Positions 40,982-50,691 are shown, counted from the stretch's first letter. The stretch: DNA of 64,000 nt from Nautiliales bacterium (GCA_030826765.1 JAUUDM010000029.1:42181-106180), one strand, 5' to 3'. The notes: generated from the letters alone by a model not told the origin. Numbers and translations are program-made.

Positions 40982-41514
40982 ATAAATATGAAAAATATAT
41001 AGAATTACTTCTAAAATGGAACAAAACTCACTCTGTTACAAACTATAATAAAAATGAGTTAAAAGAACAAATAAAAGAAACTATTAAACCTATTAAATAT
41101 TTAAATCAAGAAATAAAAACTGCTATTGATATTGGAACGGGTGCTGGAATACCAGGATTAATTTTAGCAATTGCAATGCCTGAAACTAAATGGTTTTTAA
41201 TTGAGCCACTACAAAAAAGATATAGTTTTTTAAACTATGCAAAATTATCTTTAAAACTAAACAATGTAAAAGTTATTCCAAAAAGAATAGAGCAAATTGA
41301 ACCTTTTAAAGTTGATTTAATAACTTCAAGGGCTGTAAAAAATACAGAATTTTTAATAAATCTTTCTTGTGAATTTATTGATGAAAAAACAGAGATGCTT
41401 CTTTACAAAGGTGAAAAAGCAAAAGTTGAGATAAAAAATATAAATGCTGATAAAAAAATAATCGAAGATAAATTAAATTATGTAATTTTAAAGGATATTA
41501 AATGTTCAAACTGA
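40978..41514 (+). CDS. rsmG: 16S rRNA (guanine527-N7)-methyltransferase RsmG (GidB)
   Basis: SAM motif DIGTGAGIPGL. Length is 178 aa. It overlaps the ribA stop by 4 nt. Confidence 0.8.
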   Translation: MNKYEKYIELLLKWNKTHSVTNYNKNELKEQIKETIKPIKYLNQEIKTAIDIGTGAGIPGLILAIAMPETKWFLIEPLQKRYSFLNYAKLSLKLNNVKVIPKRIEQIEPFKVDLITSRAVKNTEFLINLSCEFIDEKTEMLLYKGEKAKVEIKNINADKKIIEDKLNYVILKDIKCSN

Positions 41515-41699
41515 TAATTTTAATAGTAATTGGTTTTATAGTTTATAAAATGTTTTTTGATAAAAAAGTAGAAAACAACTCTCAAAATACCTCAAATGAT
41601 AGTGATGAATTAATAGAATGTTCTAAATGTCATACTTTTGTGCCAAAAAATGAGTGTAAATGGACAAATAGTGGATGTTTATGTAAGGATTGTCAATGA
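41502..41699 (+). CDS. Small membrane-anchored Cys-rich protein (zinc-ribbon-like C-terminus)
   Basis: 65 aa. N-terminal TM is FKLIILIVIGFIVYKMFF. The C-terminus is CSKCHTFVPKNECKWTNSGCLCKDC (CxxC...C...CxCxxC). An AAGGAT RBS is present. Confidence 0.55.
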   Translation: MFKLIILIVIGFIVYKMFFDKKVENNSQNTSNDSDELIECSKCHTFVPKNECKWTNSGCLCKDCQ

Positions 41700-42064
41700 T
41701 AATTTTAAATGATAAAAGATTTAGTGATGAAAAATTTTTTGAAATAAAAACCAAAGAAGATATTCAAAACTCAAAAAATAATTCAACTTTGCTTTTTCAA
41801 TACAATGAACAAGATATAGAATTATATAAATTTTGTAAAAAAAACAATATTCCTTACGCTGTAGAAATAACTTCTATAACTGAATTTATTTTTATTAGCA
41901 CTTTAGATGCAAAATATGCTTTTTGCTCTGATTTAGAAATAGCTAAAAATTTACAAAAAATAGCTGATAATTATTTAAGTGATACAAGAATAATAGTAAA
42001 AGCACCACTAAAAAAAATAGAAAAAATAGCTATTTTTGAAATTGATGGAATTTTTGTGATATAA
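41696..42064 (+). CDS. Hypothetical protein
   Basis: I prefer the ATG at 41696, which gives an ATGA overlap with the previous stop and has AAGGA 6 nt upstream, over the track TTG at 41690. I found no recognisable motif. Confidence 0.5.
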   Translation: MIILNDKRFSDEKFFEIKTKEDIQNSKNNSTLLFQYNEQDIELYKFCKKNNIPYAVEITSITEFIFISTLDAKYAFCSDLEIAKNLQKIADNYLSDTRIIVKAPLKKIEKIAIFEIDGIFVI

Positions 42065-42115
42065 TTTTATCATTACGAAAATATATTGAATGTAATATAA
42101 AAAAGGAGAAAAAGT

Positions 42116-42649
42116 ATGAGAAAACCTCACGTAAAACCTACTGATAAAGAAACTATATTAACAGATAATGATTTTATAGTTTCAAAAACTGATTTAAAAA
42201 GTAGAATTAAGTATGGAAATGAATATTTCATTAAAATTTCTGGTTGGCAAGAAAAAGAGTTATTAGGACAACCTCATAATATTTTAAGACATCCTGATGT
42301 TCCACAAGTTGCTTTTAAAATTTTATATGAAATGCTTGATAGAGATGAAGAGTTTTTGGGATTTGTTAAAAATCTAAAAAAAGATGGAGGATATTATTGG
42401 GTATTTGCTTCAATATCTTGTGATTATGATTCAAATGGTAAAAAAGTAGGATATTATGCAGTTAGAAGAAAATGTAGAGATGGTTTTAAAAATATAATTG
42501 AACCTCTATATGCAAAACTTGTAGAAATTGAAAAAACTGGTGGAATAGATGCAAGTTATGAAGCTATTCAAAATTTACTAAAAGAAAAAAATCTTACATT
42601 TAATGAACTTACTCTTGGTATTCAAAAAGGAGAAATAAATGAACTCTAA
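42116..42649 (+). CDS. Stand-alone Aer-type (FAD-binding) PAS domain protein, CetB-like
   Basis: The residues align closely with the E. coli Aer PAS domain (recalled): ...[41 protein letters not shown]...GYYWVFA versus ...STTDLQSYITHANDTFVQVSGYTLQELQGQPHNMVRHPDMP...DHYWVRA. There is a strong RBS (AAAAGGAGAAAAAGT before the ATG). Confidence 0.8.
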   Translation: MRKPHVKPTDKETILTDNDFIVSKTDLKSRIKYGNEYFIKISGWQEKELLGQPHNILRHPDVPQVAFKILYEMLDRDEEFLGFVKNLKKDGGYYWVFASISCDYDSNGKKVGYYAVRRKCRDGFKNIIEPLYAKLVEIEKTGGIDASYEAIQNLLKEKNLTFNELTLGIQKGEINEL

Positions 42650-44069
42650 AACTATAATAAGAATTGCAAATATACTATTTTTAATATCTGCAATTATTGA
42701 TTACTCTACGACTGGTGCTTATTATGGATTTATGTTATTTGCTATATCTATGATTATTTCAATATATTATTGTTGGTTTAGTAATCCATCTGACAATTCT
42801 AAGTCTGATCTATCTAAAACAATTGAAAAAGTTTTATTAAAAGCAGAAAATGGAGATTTTACAGATAGAATCACTCATATAGATAATTCTAGACCATTAG
42901 CAAAAACAGCTTGGGCTCTAAACAATCTACTTGACCAGTTAGAATCATTCCAAAGAGATATTACATCTGCAATTAATGCAGCTCAAAAAGGATGGGAGAG
43001 AGGAATACTACTTAGTGGATATAGAGGTAACTTTAGAATAAGTGCCGAAAATGTAGATAAAGCTGCAAAAGCAATTGGTGAGAGCCAAAAAAATCAAATT
43101 AAAAATAATCTAAGACTTACACTTAATGAAATTGGTGGTGGTATAAGAGCAGAACTAAATACTATTAAAGGTGATATACAAGGAAGTTTAAGCGATTTCT
43201 TAAGTACTATTGAAAAACAAAGTCAAGAAATTTATGAAAAATCATTACAATCAAATGAAGGTGTAAATAATATTTCTGATACATTACTTCAACTTATAGA
43301 ATTTATAGACCATACAAATGAATCAATTAATATGCTAAACCAAAGAAGTAATGAAATTGGGAATATTGTAAATTTAATTACTGATATTGCTGATCAAACA
43401 AATCTACTAGCATTAAATGCTGCTATTGAAGCAGCAAGAGCTGGTGAGCACGGAAGAGGATTTGCTGTAGTTGCTGATGAAGTAAGACAACTTGCAGAAA
43501 AAACTCAAAAAGCAACTGCAGAAATTAGTATTACTATTAAAACTCTTCAACAAGATGCAAGTGAACTTCAATCAAATTCTGAAAAAATTACAAACATTGC
43601 AAATACTTCAAGAAATGATATAGGTGAGCTAGAACACACAATTAATGAATTTAGTCTATTATCAGATAAAAATTCTCAAATAGCTCTTCTCGCAAACCAA
43701 AAATTAATTATGGATTTAGTACAAATAAGTCATTTAATCTATAAATCTACTATTAAAGAAGCTATTGTAGATGAAAAACAAATTAAAAAAGTAAAAGATA
43801 CAGAATGTGAATTTGGTTTATGGTTACACTCAAATGAAACAAAAACAATGTTTGCATGTCATGATCAATTTAAACAACTAATAGAATTACACCATGCAAT
43901 TCATGATAATGTAAATAAACTTCTTGAATGTATAGATACAAAAAGTTGCATAGACAATTCAAAAGAAATTATAGATAAAATAGGACAAATTGAAGAAATT
44001 TCTAAAAAAATGAATGGAGTTATGAGTAAACTTTTTGAAAAGACAACACAAAATCCTTGTAATCAATGA
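42639..44069 (+). CDS. Methyl-accepting chemotaxis protein, CetA-like (TM hairpin, HAMP, signalling domain) with C-terminal CZB zinc-binding domain
   Basis: Two adjacent TMs with no periplasmic domain. The MCP hairpin tip is [34 protein letters not shown]. The C-terminus contains HLIYK...CEFGLWL...HHAIH, matching the CZB pattern Hxx[WY]...CxFGxWL...HxxxH. It overlaps the PAS gene by 11 nt. Confidence 0.85.
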   Translation: MNSKTIIRIANILFLISAIIDYSTTGAYYGFMLFAISMIISIYYCWFSNPSDNSKSDLSKTIEKVLLKAENGDFTDRITHIDNSRPLAKTAWALNNLLDQLESFQRDITSAINAAQKGWERGILLSGYRGNFRISAENVDKAAKAIGESQKNQIKNNLRLTLNEIGGGIRAELNTIKGDIQGSLSDFLSTIEKQSQEIYEKSLQSNEGVNNISDTLLQLIEFIDHTNESINMLNQRSNEIGNIVNLITDIADQTNLLALNAAIEAARAGEHGRGFAVVADEVRQLAEKTQKATAEISITIKTLQQDASELQSNSEKITNIANTSRNDIGELEHTINEFSLLSDKNSQIALLANQKLIMDLVQISHLIYKSTIKEAIVDEKQIKKVKDTECEFGLWLHSNETKTMFACHDQFKQLIELHHAIHDNVNKLLECIDTKSCIDNSKEIIDKIGQIEEISKKMNGVMSKLFEKTTQNPCNQ

Positions 44070-45160
44070 CAAAAAAGATCATTTATCATTTTGATTTTTT
44101 ACTTCCTCTTATGCTTTTCCCCTTTATGGGGATTTCTCTTTTTTTAGTAAATGAATTAAATCATCATCTTTTTCAAAAAGAAATCGCCTATATGGTAATA
44201 GGTTTTATTGCTTTTTTTATTGCTTTTTTATTTCCTATTAGAAAATATATTTGGCTTATTCCTTTTTTATACTTTTTAAATATAATTTTATTACTTGGTG
44301 TTGATCTGTTTGGTATAAGTATATTAGGTGCTAAAAGATGGCTTAAAATTCCAATGCTTGGTTTAACTATTCAACCAAGTGAATTTATGAAAACAAACAT
44401 GATTTTAATGCTTGGATATTTAATATACAAAAATCCACCAGATAAAAATGGATATAATTTAAAACAACTTCTAAAACTTTCTATTTATATTCTTATTCCT
44501 TTTCTACTTATAGCCAAAGAACCTGATTTAGGAACTGCTTTGATTCTTTTTATTATAGGTTTTGGAATATTAGTTATAGTTGGAATTAGAATGAAAATCA
44601 TTCTTTTTGGAATTTTATTTACAATTATTTTTATTCCTTTTGCTTATAAATTTATATTACACGATTATCAAAAACAACGAATTAAAAATTTTTTAGGTCA
44701 TCATAGTTATCATGTAGAACAATCCATAATTGCAGTAGGAAGTGGAGGTTTAAGTGGTGTAAGCAAAGAAAAAGCAACTCAAGCACAACTAAAATTTTTG
44801 CCTGTTGCTTCAAGTGATTTTATATTTGCATATTTTACAGAAAGATTTGGATTAGTTGGAGTTATATTTCTTTGCTTAGGATATTTCTTTTTAGTCTATT
44901 ATCTTTTAAGTTATACTGAAAAACTAAAAAATGATTATTTTGCAATGCCTATTTTTGCAGGAGTTGCTATTATTATTTTTGTATATTCTTATGTGAATAT
45001 GGGAATGACTATTGGACTAGCCCCCGTAGTTGGTGTACCACTTCCATTTTTATCTCATGGAGGAACAAGTTTTATAAATTTTATGATAATTTTTGGAATT
45101 TTAGAAAATTTACTTGCATTTAAACACGAATTTATATATAATTTCAATTCAGAAATGTAA
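44066..45160 (+). CDS. rodA: FtsW/RodA/SpoVE-family peptidoglycan polymerase (RodA-like)
   Basis: 364 aa polytopic protein with conserved segments [20 protein letters not shown] and PFLSHGGTS. Confidence 0.75.
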   Translation: MTKKIIYHFDFLLPLMLFPFMGISLFLVNELNHHLFQKEIAYMVIGFIAFFIAFLFPIRKYIWLIPFLYFLNIILLLGVDLFGISILGAKRWLKIPMLGLTIQPSEFMKTNMILMLGYLIYKNPPDKNGYNLKQLLKLSIYILIPFLLIAKEPDLGTALILFIIGFGILVIVGIRMKIILFGILFTIIFIPFAYKFILHDYQKQRIKNFLGHHSYHVEQSIIAVGSGGLSGVSKEKATQAQLKFLPVASSDFIFAYFTERFGLVGVIFLCLGYFFLVYYLLSYTEKLKNDYFAMPIFAGVAIIIFVYSYVNMGMTIGLAPVVGVPLPFLSHGGTSFINFMIIFGILENLLAFKHEFIYNFNSEM

Positions 45161-45237
45161 GGGTCTTTAGCTCAGTTGGTTAGAGCACTCGGCTCATAAC
45201 CGAGTGGTCCGGAGTTCGAGTCTCCGAGGACCCACCA
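45161..45237 (+). tRNA. tRNA with CAU anticodon (elongator Met or lysidine-modified Ile2; not initiator-like)
   Basis: Acceptor stem is GGGTCTT/AGGACCC. Anticodon stem is CTCGG/CCGAG with loop CTCATAA. T-arm is CGGAG-TTCGAGT-CTCCG. CCA is encoded. It starts 1 nt after the rodA stop. Confidence 0.88.
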
Positions 45238-45266
45238 TTTATTTTCTACTTATACTTGGAGCAAAA

Positions 45267-46226
45267 ATGAAACTCCCTCAAAATTCCGAAGAATTATTAT
45301 CTAATCTTGAATATTTAATCAATCAAACTTATGAAGTCGAAAAAGAGTTTAAAGAATTAAAAAATATCTTAAATGGTGTAATTGAGTTTTTACCACAAGC
45401 TATTTGGGTAATTGATAAAGAAAATAACATTATTGCACAAAATTCAAAAGCCAAAAATTTACCTGAAATTTTAAATACAAAAGAATCAGAAATAGAACTT
45501 AATAATCAATTTTACTTAGTTCAAAAATCAAATCTTGAAGATAAGATAATAATTTCTGCTACAAATATCACTGAACAAAAAAGAAACCAAAGACTTATAT
45601 CAATGGGACAAATGGCAGCACATTTAGCTCATGAAATTAGAAATCCAATAGGAAGTGTTTCTATACTACTATCTGTATTATCCAAAAAATGTAATGCAAA
45701 TAATATAATTATGGAAATAAAACAAGCTATATTTAGAGTTGAAAGAATCATCAAAACTACTCTTTTATTTTCAAAAGGTGTTATTATAAAACCTAAAACT
45801 TTTTATATAAGTGAACTTGAAAAAGAGCTAAAAAATGTAATAAAATATTATAGTTATTCTAAAAATATAGAATTTATTTTTTTTATGCCTGATATTGAGA
45901 TAAATGCTGATTTTGAATTATTTTTATTAGTTTTACAAAACTTAATTTTTAATGCAATTGATGCTATTGAAGAAAATAGTGAAGATGAAGGATTAATAGA
46001 AATCATATATGAAAAAAATGAAGATAATCATCTATTTCATATTTATGATAGTGGAATTCCTTTTGAAAATAAAAATATACTTTTTGATGCTTTCAAAACT
46101 ACCAAAACAAAAGGAAATGGTTTAGGTTTGGCTCTTTCTTTACAAATTATACAAGCTCATAATGGGAATATAACTCTTTCAGAAAATAAAAAAGGATTTG
46201 ATATACAAATTCCTTGTAATATATAA
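45267..46226 (+). CDS. Cytoplasmic sensor histidine kinase (PAS-like N-terminus, HisKA, HATPase_c)
   Basis: I moved the start to the ATG at 45267 (GGAG RBS) because track ORF 45204 begins inside the tRNA. H-box is HLAHEIRNPIG. N-box is LQNLIFNAIDA. G-boxes are DSGIPF and GNGLGLAL. No TM is present and no response regulator gene is adjacent. Confidence 0.8.
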   Translation: MKLPQNSEELLSNLEYLINQTYEVEKEFKELKNILNGVIEFLPQAIWVIDKENNIIAQNSKAKNLPEILNTKESEIELNNQFYLVQKSNLEDKIIISATNITEQKRNQRLISMGQMAAHLAHEIRNPIGSVSILLSVLSKKCNANNIIMEIKQAIFRVERIIKTTLLFSKGVIIKPKTFYISELEKELKNVIKYYSYSKNIEFIFFMPDIEINADFELFLLVLQNLIFNAIDAIEENSEDEGLIEIIYEKNEDNHLFHIYDSGIPFENKNILFDAFKTTKTKGNGLGLALSLQIIQAHNGNITLSENKKGFDIQIPCNI

Positions 46227-46655
46227 TTATTTCTTAAAAAATTTCTTATTTTTAGGATTATTGGCAAAAACATCAAAAGGATTTTTTTCCTCTTTTTTTG
46301 GTGCTGATGCAGTAACATTTATAAAAATAGGAGTATCACCTATTACAATTTGTAAAATTCTATCCATATCCACATATACCATAGCCCCTATATTTTCAGC
46401 TCCAAATCCAGCTTCAAATATAAATGTATCATTTTCTATAAATGCACTTTTAAATGTATATCCAGCTATTGCAAAAACAGTAAAATCTCTAAAACCTGAG
46501 CTGATTTCTTCTGGTAAAGGAGGATTGAAATCAACTCCATTATCCATATGAACTATTATTGAAAATTCAGTATTACTTTCTAACATATATCTTATTTGCT
46601 CTTTTACTTGTTTAGTCATAAGTTCTTGATATTTTGTATCATAAATTATTTTCAT
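46227..46655 (-). CDS. Hypothetical protein, possibly SspB-like ClpXP adaptor
   Basis: 142 aa with a strong RBS (AAAGGAGAAAATA before the ATG). The pattern of a beta-rich core followed by a flexible K/E/P-rich tail (...FIFEAGFG...VYVDMDRILQIVIG...APKKEEKNPF...KKFFKK) recalls SspB. This is tentative. I chose it over the antisense track ORF 46198..46551. Confidence 0.45.
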   Translation of the reverse strand: MKIIYDTKYQELMTKQVKEQIRYMLESNTEFSIIVHMDNGVDFNPPLPEEISSGFRDFTVFAIAGYTFKSAFIENDTFIFEAGFGAENIGAMVYVDMDRILQIVIGDTPIFINVTASAPKKEEKNPFDVFANNPKNKKFFKK

Positions 46656-46733
46656 TATTTTCTCCTTTCATTAGTTTTTTAGTACTAAATTAAATAAACG
46701 AAACAACTGTAAATTTTAACGAAAAAAAGCGTT

Positions 46734-46781
46734 AAAAAAAGTGTGCTTCAAACCCGAAGGGCGCTTGCGTTGACACTTTTT
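46734..46781 (-). terminator. GC-rich hairpin followed by a U7 tract downstream of pepF (rho-independent terminator)
   Basis: The minus strand reads AAAAAGUGU-[CAACGCAAGCGCCCUUCGGGUUUGAAGC]-ACACUUUUUUU. The outer arms are exact complements and there is an inner CCC-UUC-GGG hairpin. This is the only GC-rich patch in this intergenic region. Confidence 0.55.
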
Positions 46782-46824
46782 AGCTTTTTATAGTGTTAAT
46801 AAATTTGCATTATTGTTAAGAGTT

Positions 46825-48540
46825 TTAATTAAGTACTAATTTCTTGAATTCATTTAACATACTTCTAATAGAATTAATTCCTTCAAGCCAAAATTCTTCA
46901 TCATCTATATTTTTACCAAACATTGCTATTTGCTCTTTTGGGGCAATACTTCCACCACTTTTTAGGAAATTTATATATTTTTCTTCAAAATTTTCATATC
47001 CATTTTTATAAAGATTATATAAGCTTACCACTAAAAGTTGAGCATAAGAGTATGAATAACAATAAAAAGGTGAATGAATAAAATGAGGAATATAACTCCA
47101 CCAAATTTTATAATTACTTGTTAAAATCACAGAATTTCCAAACATTCTTTGATTTTCTTCTTGCCAAATTACATTAAATTCATTTTCACTTAGTTCCTCA
47201 CTATTATGTACTCTTCTTTCAAAATTTGTAAATACAATTTGTCTAAAAAGTGTAGCAAACATATCTTCAAGTTTATTTGCATAAACACTAATCAACTCTT
47301 CTTCACTTAAACTTTTTTTGATATTTTCAAAAAGCATCATTTCAGAAAAAATAGAAGCAGTTTCAGCAGTTGTCAAAGGTGTATGTTGATTTAAATACCC
47401 CACTTCTTTTGCTAAATATTGATGAATTGCATGTCCTAATTCATGTGCTAATGTAAACACATCTCTAATTTGATTTGTGTAGTTTAACATAACATAAGGA
47501 TGAGCTTTTGGAGTTGCTCCGTGTGAAAATGCACCTCCTCTTTTTCCCTCTTTTGGATATACATCTATCCATTTTTCATCAAAAGCTTTTAAAGCAATTT
47601 CATAAAAAGTATTGCTAAAATTTTTGAATGAATCTAATACCATCTCTTTTGCTTGCTCAAAAGGTATCTCTTTTTTCACTTCTTTAAGTGGAGCATATCT
47701 ATCATAATCATATAATTTTTCATATCCTAAAAGCTCTTTTTTTATATTATAATACTCTTCTACGATATCAAAATTTGCATTAGTTGCATTCACAAGTGCA
47801 TCTACTGATTTTTGACTTGCTTTATTTGATATATGTCTTGGCTCTTCTGGTGTTTTATAATTTCTAAGTTCACACTCTATTTTCCAATCTTTTTTGATGT
47901 TATTATAAATAAAAGCAAAAAGTTTTTGTTTATCTTTAAGTCCATTTGTCAAGGCAACTGCACCTTTTTTTCTAATATTTCTATCACTTGAATAGAGTTT
48001 ACTTAAAATTTCTTCTTCACTTACATAATTTCCATCCCAGAAAAATTTACTGTTTGAAATAGTTTCATCAAAAAGTCTGCTAAATGCGCTACTTGAAGTT
48101 AAATCTTTTTTCATTAAAATTTTTTCTTCATTTTCACTAAGTTTATGTTTTGCTTCTTTTTGTAAAGTTTCTAAATATAATTTATTAACCCCACTCTCTT
48201 TTATAAATTCACTCTGTTTTTCAAGTGGTAATTTTGTAAACTCAAGTTCAAAAAACAGTAACTTTTCTTCAATATTAGTTGCAATTGTTTCATATTTACT
48301 AAGTAAATTTCCTTTACTTGTATCTGTTGCAAACTGTAAATAGATATAAGTCATTACTCTGCTTACTTTTTCACTTATATCAATATAACTGTTTAATGCT
48401 TCTAAAAATTCATAAGCATTTAAATTTGATAATTTACCCTTATATTTATTATTAAACCAATTAGCTTCATTTTGAGCTTCATTCAAAAGATAATCCACAT
48501 CTTCTATCGAATTAAAAAGTGCTTTTAAATCCCAATTCAT
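46825..48540 (-). CDS. pepF: Oligoendopeptidase F (M3B family)
   Basis: Zinc motif HELGHAIH. Length is 571 aa with an M3B-like layout. Confidence 0.8.
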   Translation of the reverse strand: MNWDLKALFNSIEDVDYLLNEAQNEANWFNNKYKGKLSNLNAYEFLEALNSYIDISEKVSRVMTYIYLQFATDTSKGNLLSKYETIATNIEEKLLFFELEFTKLPLEKQSEFIKESGVNKLYLETLQKEAKHKLSENEEKILMKKDLTSSSAFSRLFDETISNSKFFWDGNYVSEEEILSKLYSSDRNIRKKGAVALTNGLKDKQKLFAFIYNNIKKDWKIECELRNYKTPEEPRHISNKASQKSVDALVNATNANFDIVEEYYNIKKELLGYEKLYDYDRYAPLKEVKKEIPFEQAKEMVLDSFKNFSNTFYEIALKAFDEKWIDVYPKEGKRGGAFSHGATPKAHPYVMLNYTNQIRDVFTLAHELGHAIHQYLAKEVGYLNQHTPLTTAETASIFSEMMLFENIKKSLSEEELISVYANKLEDMFATLFRQIVFTNFERRVHNSEELSENEFNVIWQEENQRMFGNSVILTSNYKIWWSYIPHFIHSPFYCYSYSYAQLLVVSLYNLYKNGYENFEEKYINFLKSGGSIAPKEQIAMFGKNIDDEEFWLEGINSIRSMLNEFKKLVLN

Positions 48541-48565
48541 TTTTATCCTTTTTATTTTTATTATA

Positions 48566-49126
48566 TCAAAAAACTATTGAATTTATATCTATTTCATAAA
48601 ATCCAATAATCGCATTCATCATAGCTACTTTTTGATAATTTTTAATTTCCTCTATTTTAATTTCTTTCTCTTTTAAAAAACCTTTTTGAAGTAATTCTTC
48701 TCTTTTTGTTCCTTTTAAAAGTGGTGTTTTTGGAGTTACCCACTCATTCCCATCAAAAAAAGCTAAATTTGAAATAGTTGTATCTGTAACTAAGTTATTT
48801 TTAACGATTATAACCTCATCAAATCCTTCAACTTTCAAAGAATTTAGCTTTTCTCTATCTTCACTTTTATAATCATATTCAATATCATCACACTCTACTA
48901 CTTTCAAACTATTAAACTTTCGTTTAGTTAACTCAAAATATTCTATTTTTTTTATTTCTTTTTCATAAACTACACGCACTCTTTTATTTGGAATAATTTC
49001 TATATAATCTACTAAATTAATTGCACTTGCATTATAAAAAACTTTGCGGGTTTTATTCATTCTATCATTATGATATTTTAAATTTTCTATTTTATCAGTT
49101 ATTAAAATTGTTTCGATATAGCCCAT
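48566..49126 (-). CDS. Aminotransferase class IV-fold protein (short, PabC/aminodeoxychorismate lyase-like)
   Basis: 186 aa. The N-terminus (ETILITDKIENLKYHNDRMN) and the segment GTKREELL match the pattern of short class-IV fold proteins. This is tentative. Confidence 0.4.
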   Translation of the reverse strand: MGYIETILITDKIENLKYHNDRMNKTRKVFYNASAINLVDYIEIIPNKRVRVVYEKEIKKIEYFELTKRKFNSLKVVECDDIEYDYKSEDREKLNSLKVEGFDEVIIVKNNLVTDTTISNLAFFDGNEWVTPKTPLLKGTKREELLQKGFLKEKEIKIEEIKNYQKVAMMNAIIGFYEIDINSIVF

Positions 49127-49137
49127 TTTTTACCTTT

Positions 49138-49154
49138 TGATTAAAATTTAATCA
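49138..49154. promoter_or_regulatory. 17-bp perfect palindrome TGATTAAA-A-TTTAATCA upstream of glnA (variant of the amt/PII dyad)
   Basis: Arms were verified as reverse complements. It differs from TGCTTAAA-N-TTTAAGCA only at the symmetric third position. It lies 31 nt upstream of TATAAT (49186..49191) and 71 nt upstream of the glnA ATG. Confidence 0.55.
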
Positions 49155-49224
49155 CTTTTTTATACACTTTTACTTAAAATCATACTATAATTATTACAAA
49201 TTTTAAATAAAATAAGGAGTTTAA

Positions 49225-50643
49225 ATGACTGCAACAGAATTTATGAACGAATGTAAAGAAAAAGAGATTGAATTTATCGATTTTAGATTTACAGATATTA
49301 ATGGAACTTGGCACCACGTAAGCTATGATATAGATGCTATTGATGAAGATACATTTAAAAATGGATTACCATTTGATGGAAGTAGTATTCCAGCTTGGCA
49401 ACCAATCAACGACTCAGATATGGTGTTAATGCCAGATATTGAAATAGGTACTCATTTTGAAGATCCTTTCACAGCTGATCCGACTATGGTAGTATTTTGT
49501 GATGTATTAAATACAGATTATACTCCATATCACAAATGTCCAAGAGGAATTGCAAAAGCAGCTCTTAAATATTTAGATGAATCTGGAATGGGTGATGTTG
49601 CTTATTTTGGACCAGAAAATGAATTTTTCGTATTTGATGATGTAAAAATTACAGATAAAATAAATTCTCAAGCTTATTATGTAGAAACAGAAGAAGGTGA
49701 ATGGAACAGTGATACTGAATTTACTGATAGTTACAACACAGGACACAGACCTGGAACAAAAGGTGGTTATTTCCCAGTAGCTCCAATTGACAGTATGGTA
49801 GATTTAAGAGCAGAAATGGTAAAAACTCTTAAAGAAGTTGGACTTGAAACTTTCGTTGTTCACCACGAAGTTGCACAAGGACAAGGTGAAATCGGTGTTA
49901 AATTTGGAACACTTGTAGAAGCTGCTGATAATGTTCAAAAACTTAAATATGTTATCAAAATGGTAGCTCACTTAAACGGAAAAACTGCTACATTTATGCC
50001 AAAACCTCTTTTTGGAGATAACGGAAATGGAATGCATGTTCATCAATCAATTTGGAAAGATGGTAAAAACTTATTCTTTGAAGATGGAACTTATGGAAAT
50101 CTAAGTGAAATGGCAAAACACTATATCGGTGGTATTTTCCATCATGCAGCAGCAGTAGCAGCAATTACAAACCCAAGTACAAACTCTTATAAAAGATTAG
50201 TTCCAGGATTTGAAGCACCTTCAATTTTAACTTATTCTGCAAAAAACAGAAGTGCAAGCTGTAGAATTCCTTTTGGAAGTGGAGAAAAATCAGTTAGAAT
50301 TGAAATGAGATTCCCAGATAGTTCATCTAATCCATATTTAGCATTTGCTACTCTTCTTATGGCTGGACTTGATGGTATCAAAAACAAATATGAACCAGTA
50401 GGACCAATGGATATTGATTTATTTGAATTAAGTCTTGATGAAATTAGAGAAAAAGGAATCAAACAACTTCCTCATACTCTAAGAGAAGCAGTAGAAGGGT
50501 TAATTGCAGACCACGAATTCTTAACACCTGTATTTAGTAAAGAATTTATCGATACTTATCAACACTACAAATTCGAAACTCAAATCTGGCCAGATGAAGC
50601 TAGACCAACTGCATTCGAATTTGCTTCTACTTATTCTTGCTAA
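49225..50643 (+). CDS. glnA: Glutamine synthetase type I
   Basis: 472 aa with GS-I motifs ([38 protein letters not shown]...RIEMRFPD). Confidence 0.92.
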   Translation: MTATEFMNECKEKEIEFIDFRFTDINGTWHHVSYDIDAIDEDTFKNGLPFDGSSIPAWQPINDSDMVLMPDIEIGTHFEDPFTADPTMVVFCDVLNTDYTPYHKCPRGIAKAALKYLDESGMGDVAYFGPENEFFVFDDVKITDKINSQAYYVETEEGEWNSDTEFTDSYNTGHRPGTKGGYFPVAPIDSMVDLRAEMVKTLKEVGLETFVVHHEVAQGQGEIGVKFGTLVEAADNVQKLKYVIKMVAHLNGKTATFMPKPLFGDNGNGMHVHQSIWKDGKNLFFEDGTYGNLSEMAKHYIGGIFHHAAAVAAITNPSTNSYKRLVPGFEAPSILTYSAKNRSASCRIPFGSGEKSVRIEMRFPDSSSNPYLAFATLLMAGLDGIKNKYEPVGPMDIDLFELSLDEIREKGIKQLPHTLREAVEGLIADHEFLTPVFSKEFIDTYQHYKFETQIWPDEARPTAFEFASTYSC

Positions 50644-50691
50644 TAACTTTCCCCTTTGGGGAATATTTCAAAACTCATAAAAAGGATTTAA

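Noticed and set aside
45204-45266. N-terminal extension of the histidine kinase ORF in the track (MVRSSSLRGPT...)
   Set aside because: The extension is the tRNA-CAU 3' half read as protein. The in-frame ATG at 45267 with a GGAG RBS is the credible start.
46198-46551. Track ORF of 117 aa on the plus strand overlapping the end of the histidine kinase gene
   Set aside because: It is antisense to the 142-aa minus-strand ORF, which has a strong AAAGGAG RBS and a plausible globular sequence. The plus-strand frame is low-complexity (F/L/S/I-rich) and starts inside the kinase gene.
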